Both the position numbers and the translations under genes were made by a program. Of a stretch of 64,000 nt of DNA, positions 54,404 through 64,000 are shown one piece after another (positions within the stretch are counted from its first letter, which is position 1; every line of letters starts with the position of its first letter). Location: the NCBI GenBank assembly GCA_951406725.2, contig OX597832.1, positions 60,140,001 through 60,204,000 of the forward strand, read 5' to 3'. A model generated the notes under the pieces. That model searched no databases. It was not told the DNA's origin and saw only the letters and a list, made by a program, of their open reading frames with translations. The stretch is from Octopus vulgaris (Eukaryota).

Positions 54404-54502
54404 GAGGCTATGGTAGAAGACACTTGCGCAAGGTGCCACGCAGTGGGACTGAACCCAGAACTATGTGGTTGGTAAGCAAGCTTCTTACCACACAGCCACT
54501 CA
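54404..54502 (-). mobile_element. SINE family B, 5' part
   Basis: gaagacacttgcgcaaggtgccacgcagtgggactgaaccc...cacacagccactc. Confidence 0.75.
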
Positions 54503-54920
54503 TGTATGTATGTATATATGTATGCATGTATGTATGTGTATATGTATGTGTATTATTTATTCATGTAATTCATATCTAATATAAGATACAAACATGAGAC
54601 ACTCGCATTTAATACTCGGAGTTTCCCAGTAGCAGCAGATATGGCAATCTGAAATCAACACTGCCAAGGAACACATACATATATATTTGTGTGTGAGTTA
54701 CTATATGTTTTCGATGTGTTCAACATGCCAGACATCTTCAAAATGTCTGATAACTGCTAGTAAGCCAAATTTCAGAGTTACTGTCATTGTAAGTATTATT
54801 AAATATGTTTTTCTCCTAGAAAGCAAAGACTGAGTCTACAAATGAATGTAAAATTACATATACATAAAACTTTGCAGGAAATAAACATTAATATGTCTAT
54901 GTAAATAGAGGTATACACAT

Positions 54921-54963
<43 letters not shown>

Positions 54964-55604
54964 AAAAGTTGTAAACAGCGAAAGCGCATAATATACTGTG
55001 AAAACTTCCTTCCAAAAATTTCGTAATTCCGTCGATTTTTTAAAAACTCTTTTATATAGTTAATTTCTAATTTCAGGGAATATTTCTTCAAATATTGTAG
55101 CTGTATCAAGAAATCTTTTCAAAAATATATATTCATAATGCATCAGTTCTCGCTGGATGCCGATCTCCCTACTAACAACACCATCTGATCCACATTGATC
55201 AATAGCAGCCCTCATTTTTCAGCAGCCATTATTAACTTCCTGTACTTCTGAGCTTGAACGAGTTAGATTTCTGTCAGAAGCCTGCGAAACTTTAAGTCGC
55301 TTGGAACTGAATCACACCGTTTAAAATAATAATCTATGTAGCTCCTACTAAAGGTGTTGAGCACGTTTTCATTTGCTTGTCCTCTCGTGTGTGTGTGTGT
55401 ATATATATATGCATGTGTGCGTGCGTGTGTGAGGGTGAAAAGTTAAGATCCTAGGATCAAGGCGTAGGAAGTTAGTAAGCTTCAAGTAATCCGCATAAGA
55501 TATAAAAGACAACTTTCAGGAATAATACTGGATTATTGGCGCAGAAGGTTGTGAATTTTTCCCGTATCGAGGTACGATAAGCTGAAAAAAAGGGGTTGCT
55601 GTAT

Positions 55605-55770
55605 ATACTCTCTTTACTTGTTTTACTGTAGCCATGCTGGAGCACCGCCTTTAGTCGGGCAAATCGACCCCAGGACTTATTCTTTGTAACCCTAGTACTT
55701 ATTTTATCGGTCTCTTTTGCCGAACTGCTAAGTTACGGGGACGTAAACGCACCAGCATCGGTTGTCAAAT
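55605..55770 (-). mobile_element. SINE family B, 3' part
   Basis: gccatgctggagcaccgcctttagtcg...ccagcatcggttgtcaa. Confidence 0.8.
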
Positions 55771-56374
55771 TTCTTTTCCTTGGTTACAAGAAATATTAGT
55801 CCTCGTGCTGCTCTTCTGGATATTTCTTATAGACTCAAGCTAAATTTTACCGTTTCTTCGTTCCAACTATGACCTACCCGCCTTAACGAATTTCCTACAA
55901 TATTTTCCACAATATTTAAATGTTTTTCAAGTAATACTCTTATTGTAGAATAACCCGCACATATTTTTTTTTCTTTTTTCTTTATATATTTTTCTCTCGT
56001 TTTCTTCTGGATTTAGGTGATTTTTTCTCCTTTTTATTTTTCGCATTTTATAGACAGAACTAAATTTTTTTCTCAAAATATGCTGAAAAGTTCTTTGAGT
56101 ATTTCTTCCTTCCATAAAATGTATTTTTTTCTTGCTTTTATTCGCTCCTTGTTTAACTTCCTGCACTGTTTTTCTTTTTTCTTTTCATTATCGTTATGGA
56201 ATTCTTTATCTTTGATTTTTCTCTTCCTTTCTTTTATACTTTATGTTTTTATCATTATCATTATTATTATCATTATTATTATTATTATTATTATCATTAT
56301 TATTATTATTATCATTATTATTATTATTATTATCATTATTATTATTATTATTATCATTAATATTATTATTATTA

Positions 56375-56429
<55 letters not shown>

Positions 56430-56661
56430 CATTATTATTATTATCATTATTATTATTATCATTATTATTTTCCTCTCTTCAAACCATTTTATTTTGGTGC
56501 TTTTTTTTTTCAAATTCTTGTATATGTTTTTATTTCACATTTATTACCATTATTCTTTTCTTTTTAGCTTTTTTGGTTTCAGTTATTTGATCTTTTCAGT
56601 GTTAAAAAAATTTCTTAAACTTCATTTTCTTCAGTAATATTCTATATTTTTATGGCGTTAA

Positions 56662-56720
<59 letters not shown>

Positions 56721-56735
56721 ATTATTATTATTATG

Positions 56736-56866
<131 letters not shown>

Positions 56867-56932
56867 GAAAACATTATCCTTATTCATATTATTATTTGTA
56901 GTTGAAATATGTTTATTGTTATTTGGAATCGC

Positions 56933-56987
<55 letters not shown>

Positions 56988-57259
56988 AAGAGAGAGAGAG
57001 AGAGATACATTCATGCATATATATATATATAATTATATGTATGTATGTATGTATGTATGTATATACATATTTACATATATTTTTACAAGTATATGTAGAG
57101 GCACACAGACGTATATATGTGTATATAAGTATATGTATCTATGCATGCATGCATGTATGTATGTACATATATCATTGCCGCAACTTTTCGTCTTTAATTA
57201 TAGCGAGAGTTTTTTGTTGTTTTTTTATCATTTCGTCTGGGTCTCTCCTCTCTCCCTTC

Positions 57260-57299
<40 letters not shown>

Positions 57300-58559
57300 T
57301 CCCTCTTTCCATCCACTCTTTCTACCCTTTTCCTCACCCTTTTCCTTCTCCAGACTCGTTATATTGCTTGTTTCCTATGATTGATTCAATGCCGGATTCT
57401 TCAGATATTAAACGGTCTGTTGCGTAAATTAGGCGATTTACATCTGTTTTAGTTATTTCATTTTGTTTCCTCACTATTTCACATACAGTTTTTATTTTCT
57501 CTTTCATTCCGTTCTGTTAATGTGTCGTCAGATTATTTCACTAATGTTATAGAATATTTTTTCTCTTCTCTTTATTTTTAATTTTCAATGCTATCTTGCC
57601 TATTTGTGCTTTATCTAAATTTTATTTCTTCAACTTTTATTTTAATAATTCCTAGTATATTCATAAGAACCATAAATCGTTGTGAAGTGATAGAAACTGG
57701 ATTATAAAAAACTTGACTTGTTCTATTTGAGTTACGTCCCTTTGCATTCTAACATTTAACAAAAAAAATTTAAATCTCACCAAGATTAACGTTTTATTTT
57801 AATCCTTAAAGATAATTCAATAGATTACACTTGCACCTTTTCCCTCGCTCCCCCCTCTCTCTCTCTCTCCTTTTCTCTCACATTTTCTTTCTCTTTCTCG
57901 CCTTCTTCCTTTCTCTTCACCCCAATTTATCTCCAGTATATTTTTTTCAATATTGAAAAAAATAAGGAAAGCATTTTAAGTCATTTGCCAATGTCTCTCT
58001 ATCTGAAATGTCTATATTCTTAAAATGCTGAATTTAGCTTAATATATTTGTCTCAGGTGATGCTGTAATGACGATTTCGCAAAAGGATGAAATACCGCTA
58101 TACATGGCTACAATAGACTAGAAACTTTTAGACCCCTATAATGAAGAGGAAAACAACTACTGAATATGTGTAGTCTGTATGTACACCTTCTATACTCTTT
58201 TTTATAAACTCTAAACTTTCATATCTGGCTTAACTTAATCGAGGAGAAATTGTCTCCTCTACTCTCGTAAATCACCAAAAACGTACCACATAGCACTTAC
58301 AACAATGAAATCAAACAGCATTTCGTCTTTTGTCAGTAACAAAAAACGAAATACTTCACAAAAGTATTTTGTGAGTTCATACAGTTATAAGAGTCAGTGG
58401 ATTAGTAGAGTCACTAGTGAGTCAGACAAATGTCTTGTGATAATTGTTATGGTATTCTAGTCACTGGATTCAAACCTCGCTGGGGTCAACTTTACTTATC
58501 ATCAAACTGGACAATATTGAGGTCTCTTTCTTTCTTTTGTTATCTTACCGTTTTTACCA

Positions 58560-58638
<79 letters not shown>

Positions 58639-58657
58639 TGTGTGTATGTGTGTGTGT

Positions 58658-58701
<44 letters not shown>

Positions 58702-58719
58702 TTGTGTATGTATTTGTGT

Positions 58720-58872
58720 ATACGACGGGCTTCTTTCAGTTCCAGTCTCTCAAATCCACTGATGAGTATTGGGTCTCCCGGAGTCTATAGTAAAAGCCTA
58801 AGGTGCCATGCAGCGGGATCGAACCCGGAACATTGTGGTTGGGAAGCAAGCATCTTACCACACAGCCACGCC
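58720..58872 (-). mobile_element. SINE family B, 5' part
   Basis: tacgacgggcttctttcagtt...gaacccggaac...cacacagccacgcc. Confidence 0.75.
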
Positions 58873-58917
58873 ATATTGTATACATACACACACCTACACA
58901 CACACACACACACACAC

Positions 58918-58963
<46 letters not shown>

Positions 58964-58977
58964 CATATATATATATG

Positions 58978-59057
<80 letters not shown>

Positions 59058-59096
59058 ATGGAATAATTACTGTCAAGCATTGTGTAGGGTATATCA

Positions 59097-59315
59097 TATA
59101 AAAGATCGTGGATAGGGCGAAACAATGCGAAATAAACGCAAGGTAAAAAATCACACGCACATCGGTAACATTCGTCAATTTCTTGAGGATGGGGTCATAA
59201 CCCCGAAATATTGAATACAAGGTAAATCTGCATTCATTCATATATTTGTTTTTTTTTTTGTGATTTACCTTGCATTTACTTCGCATTGTTTTGGCCTTAT
59301 CCACGATCATTTATA
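59097..59315 (+). mobile_element. Foldback element with minimal HHR-like centre, in (TA)n
   Basis: Arms gatcgtggatagggcgaaacaatgcgaaataaacgcaaggtaaa / tttaccttgcatttacttcgcattgttttggccttatccacgatc; TTC-TTGAGGA-T-GGGGT-cata-ACCCC-GAAA-TA-TT-GAA at 59180-59215. Confidence 0.7.
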
Positions 59316-59840
59316 CAATATACATATATATATATATAAGACTGTGTGTTTATATGTTATATATATATATATATAGTATCTCCTGTATACACGAACGTGT
59401 TATGCTGTTGCAATTTTCTCGATAATCAATCCATAAACATGTTTAAACCTTTTCTTTCTTTCAATGCATATTTTAAATGAGTTTTCCCTTGTTGTTTTCG
59501 ATATCGCCATTTCTTTTTTTTCTTTCCGGTAACTGCTTGGGTTATCAAAAGCCGCGCTGTTATTTGCAGCAACATATATCCACACCTGATAGTTTTTTCT
59601 ACTCTCTCAGCCATAATAATATTATCTTTTAGATGAGTAACTAAACTGTTGGAGACATACACACACATACACATGCATACACATACACACATATATGCAC
59701 CCACATACATACACGCACAAATATATACACCCACATGCACATATATATACTCACCTACATACACACATGCACACACACAGACATACACACACGCACACGC
59801 AAAGAAGCACTCGTATTATATAAATATATTATATATAAAT

Positions 59841-59875
<35 letters not shown>

Positions 59876-60042
59876 ATGTATATATGTATACATATATATA
59901 TATATATAGATATATATATGTATACACACACACACACACATATATATATATTCATGCATGTACATGTATATACATATATACCTATCAATGTCTTTGTGTG
60001 TGTAGGTATGTACGTATACATCCATACACACATACATATATA

Positions 60043-60148
<106 letters not shown>

Positions 60149-60339
60149 GAAATGAAGAAAATGCTGACAAAATAATTTAAGTAATTTAAGTAATTTAATT
60201 AGGTGAAAGTTCTATATACATACATACACACAGAAACACGCATAATTTTTTATTCTTTTATACGTTTCGGCCCTAAGGCTTTGGCCATGATGGGGTACCG
60301 CCGGTACAACCACCTTTCTAATGGCCAATCTTATGTGAT

Positions 60340-60730
60340 CGGCTTTTCAAAAAGAAGAGAATTCGACACTGCTGCCCCCTTTTGGGTTTCCTGCCTTGTT
60401 ATTATTGGTTCAGCTAGAACCTTGGCTAACAGGAGGTCAATTTGTTTTTTGGAAACATCTACCCACCCCCTCACTCCATGAAGATCTCTCAGATGGTTTG
60501 GTAAGGCGTTAAATAGTTGCGGGCCCTCGAATATCCGTCATTGCAGTACTTTGTCTTCACTCTACATGGGACAGCTGGGACCTTTCGAACAGTGCAGTGA
60601 CGTCCAATTCGGGGTTCTGGTATAGCTCTCGATTACAAAGTTGGTGCCAAGCTCTCCAGTATATTCCACACATATATCACTGCATACCTCTCCCGTCCTA
60701 GCTCTTTCAGTCTCTCCCAGTAGCTCAGCT
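60340..60730 (-). mobile_element. CR1/L2-group LINE 3' coding remnant
   Basis: Joined frames [21 protein letters not shown]...NFVIESY..RIGRHC....KTKYCN..GPQLFNALPNHLRDLHG; typical post-RT tail. Confidence 0.65.
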
Positions 60731-60764
60731 GTTCCATTGATGTATATATATATATATATATATA

Positions 60765-60920
60765 AGAGTGGCTGTGCGGTAAGTGGCTTGCTTAACAACC
60801 ACATGGTCCCGGGTTCAGTCCCACTGCGTGACACCTTGGGCAAGTGTCTTCTACTATAACCGCGGGCCGACCAAAGCCTTGTGAGTGGATTTGGCATACG
60901 AAAACTGAAAGAAGCCCGTC

Positions 60921-60990
<70 letters not shown>

Positions 60991-61305
60991 GTATGAATGT
61001 ATGTATGTATGTATGAATGTATGTATGTATGTATGTATGTATGTATGTATGTATGTATGTGTGTATGTATGTATATATGTATGTGTGTGTGTGCGTTTGT
61101 GTGTCTGTGTTTGTTCCCCAGCATCGCTTGACAACTGATGCTGGTGTGTTCACGCCCCCGTAACTTAGCGGTTTGGTGAGAGTACCAACAGAAAAGTACT
61201 AGGCTTACAAAGAATAAGTCCGGAGGTCGATTTGCTCTACTAAAGGCGGTGCTCCAGCATAGCTACAGTCAAGTGACTTAAACAAGTAAAAGAATAAAAG
61301 AACAA
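60765..61305 (+). mobile_element. SINE family B, full length with long internal microsatellite
   Basis: gagtggctgtgcggtaag head; (TA)n(TATG)n centre; tail aaacaagtaaaagaataaaag. Confidence 0.88.
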
Positions 61306-61639
61306 AAAATATATATATATATTGAGAGAGAGTACATGGAACCTGAAAAAGGTTTGGGTACTGCATTTAATGCCTACGTCCTAAACCTTAATTCTTTAAT
61401 TATAAATACACACATACATTTGTATGTATTCATTTTCAAGGTGGACAGTGAATTCGAAGTTTCAGTTTGCTTGCTTTCATCAGGCTGTGTATTCTTCGAA
61501 TTCTAAAAGGTATTGAGTATTTCTTCAGTTTTATTTTTATTTGTCTTTATATATGACTTGACATAAAACGTACACATACACACACACATACATGCATTTA
61601 CTACTACTACAACTACTACTACTACTGTTACTGCTGCTG

Positions 61640-61963
61640 CTGCTAAAGAGGTTACCGATCTGTAGTTTCGGGTTCCCCAGTGTTTTCAATGAAGGATATT
61701 CAAAATGTTATCGTTATTTTCATATTTTATTAACCAACTGGATGTTGATTCTGGTCTCTTTAGTATTTCGCTGCAAATGGCTACCACAGCTTCCTGTAAA
61801 CTGGCTCAGAAATATTTTAACCAGAAATTGGAGGACTTTATCGATTCTCGAAGACTTCCACTAGCTAATTATCTTGATTACGTTGGTGAATTCTTCACCG
61901 TTTATGCTACGTCAGTTCCAGGATGTTATCTCTGTTAGTTTTTATCATCACCGTTAACATCGA

Positions 61964-62035
<72 letters not shown>

Positions 62036-63030
62036 CATCATTATTATCATTATTATTACTATTATTATCATCATCATCACCATCATCATCACAACCATCA
62101 CCATCATATTTTCTTCCTGCTATTCTAATCTTATTATTCACCTTTATCATGTTATATACTCTGCTTACGATGTTCTCTCATGATCCAATATGATTGGATT
62201 ACCGGCATTCCTGCTGTTTTTGTTGCTAGTGTATCTTCTGCTCTGCTCTTCCTTTATTGATATCCCGTTAGACTATTTTCCTATTTGTTTCAAAATACAT
62301 CATCGTTTTTTTCTGTTTTTTTTTTCTACGCTCTTCGTTTTGTTCTTTACAATATCCGATCCCTTCCAATTTTATTTCACTGACAAAGCATGCATCCATC
62401 GTACACTTTCTTTTTTGTTGATTTTCTATAATATATTTTCTCTCAGCTGCCTTTTTTTATTGCTGTTGTTTCGCGGTGGTCATGGGTAAGGAGTGACTTA
62501 GTTTCTTATGATCAAACTCAGTTTCCCTGGATAATACCGCGGTAGAACTCTGTAAATTAGGTTATATATCGTACTGATGTTCCAGTTGGTTTTGCTGGAA
62601 AAATATTATATGGAACCTGGTTATATTTGGTGATAATTTCCCCGGTTCCTTCTTTTTTTTTTCCATTTTCTTAGCTTTTGCTTCAGGAAGAAGCGCTAAT
62701 GTTCGTCCATATTTATTGATTGTGTTATGGACAGTTCCACTGTTTTGCTTAGTATTTCTGCAATATTTTTTTTTCTGTAATGTGTGGTATTATCTGCAGG
62801 ACGGACAGTGTTCGAACGGTTCTCTCATTTAGGTCTTATGAAGCCAGCATTCTTATATGCTGATATTCATACATTCGCTTAATCGATTTTAGTGACAGGA
62901 TTGAAGCCATGCCTGCGGAGCCTTAGATTATTATATGAATTTCAGTCTTTATTTTAACTTTCGCTATTTTAAACGAGGGATTATTAGAAGCAGGTATTGG
63001 TGTCCGGAAAAGTATTTGTAAATAATGTAT
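61640..63030 (-). mobile_element. Heavily decayed R4/Dong-like element, N-terminal region and RT start, split by (ATT)n
   Basis: Minus-strand pieces YFETNRKIV*RDIN, WKSSRIDK, NFWLKYF, EILKRPESTSSWLI and RNYRSVTSL match the WKSPG.D...FW.K...P.WL...NYRPIT.L pattern. Confidence 0.6.
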
Positions 63031-63057
63031 TTGTCTATCTATCTATCTATCTATCTA

Positions 63058-63147
<90 letters not shown>

Positions 63148-63161
63148 CAGACAGAAGGACA

Positions 63162-63194
<33 letters not shown>

Positions 63195-63224
63195 ACAGAC
63201 AGCCAGACAGACAGACAGACAGAC

Positions 63225-63297
<73 letters not shown>

Positions 63298-63299
63298 TG

Positions 63300-64000
63300 T
63301 TTCTTTATTAGCCACACAGGGCTGCACACAGATAGAACAAATTACAAGGTAGAGCTTTTCTTTTGGGGGTAAAAAAAAGGGGGGGGCGATCAAAAGGTAT
63401 CGTAAAAGGAAATTGATCAATAGGGATCGTTATCACAGAAATGTCAATATGAAGTGTAAAGGGGAGGACAGGTGAGGTTTACCCGTGGAAAGAAAAGCCT
63501 ACGGAAAAGACCACGGTAACCTCGGTCAATAAAGTCACATGTTATATTTCTTTTTTTTTTTTTTTTTTGCAAATAAGCAACTCTCTGTATTAATTTTTAC
63601 GGTTCATAGAATCATAGTCAAGGTGGCTTCGTCATTCATACGTGCCATTCTTGCTACATTCACCCATCTTTTTTTAAAACATTCACTAGACAAAACCTGC
63701 CTCTCTACTCTCACTTTCCTCTTCAAGTGATACTTGAAGAAGTTGATGAGAGATTGACCAGAGAGGAAAGTGTTTGTCTCTAATCCTTTCAGGCGCGTCC
63801 ACCAGATACATTCTTTCGCCATAGCCACAAGTATGATAAAAATAGCTCTTCCTTCCCGTTTGAAGGAAGGAGGCGTGACGATATTAACGATAGACTCGGC
63901 TGATAAACCGACACGTCCCACACGTGACAGCAGTCGTTCGAGACAAGCCCACAGGTCGGAGATTGTTGGACACTGCACGATTGCGTGCAGAACGGTTTCG
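63300..64000 (-). mobile_element. Tx1/L1-like LINE 3' end (ORF2 C-terminus open 63604-64000, runs off window)
   Basis: ETVLHAIVQCP..SDLW (end of CCHC knuckle) ...AMAKECIWWTRLK...FKKRW; 3' UTR ends aataaagaaac followed by (TATC)n. Confidence 0.85.

Noticed and set aside
62330-62660. Possible Penelope GIY-YIG remnant
   Set aside because: Adjacent translated motifs fit the R4/Dong N-terminal region better; no autonomous PLE ORF was found in the window

Overview
Eukaryotic, AT-rich, extremely microsatellite-dense non-coding DNA. The repeat style suggests a cephalopod (Octopus-like) genome; that is inference. I can support no host gene or exon, and nearly all ORF-track entries are translations of (TA)n, (CA)n, (TATC)n, (TAA)n or (GAT)n. 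The window holds three tRNA-type SINE families, decayed R4/Dong-like LINEs nested in (TAA)n, Tx1/L1-like LINE 3' ends in (GATA)n, two mariner derivatives, and CR1/L2 and RTE scraps. The main discovery is a set of small non-coding elements, mostly inserted in or beside microsatellites, that carry hammerhead ribozyme (HHR) motifs. Two have fully canonical type I HHRs on the minus strand: 15343-16088 is a 586-nt unit with a 160-bp terminal redundancy, and 16492-17129 is a 469-nt unit plus a 159-bp perfect foldback. A third HHR is near-intact (11482-11537). Several foldback elements have minimal HHR-like cores at their centres, in which the tertiary 3-8 pair co-varies (U3-A8, G3-C8, U3.G8). This resembles a retrozyme or Penelope-like pseudo-LTR system. 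All structures were folded by eye; none is computationally or experimentally verified.
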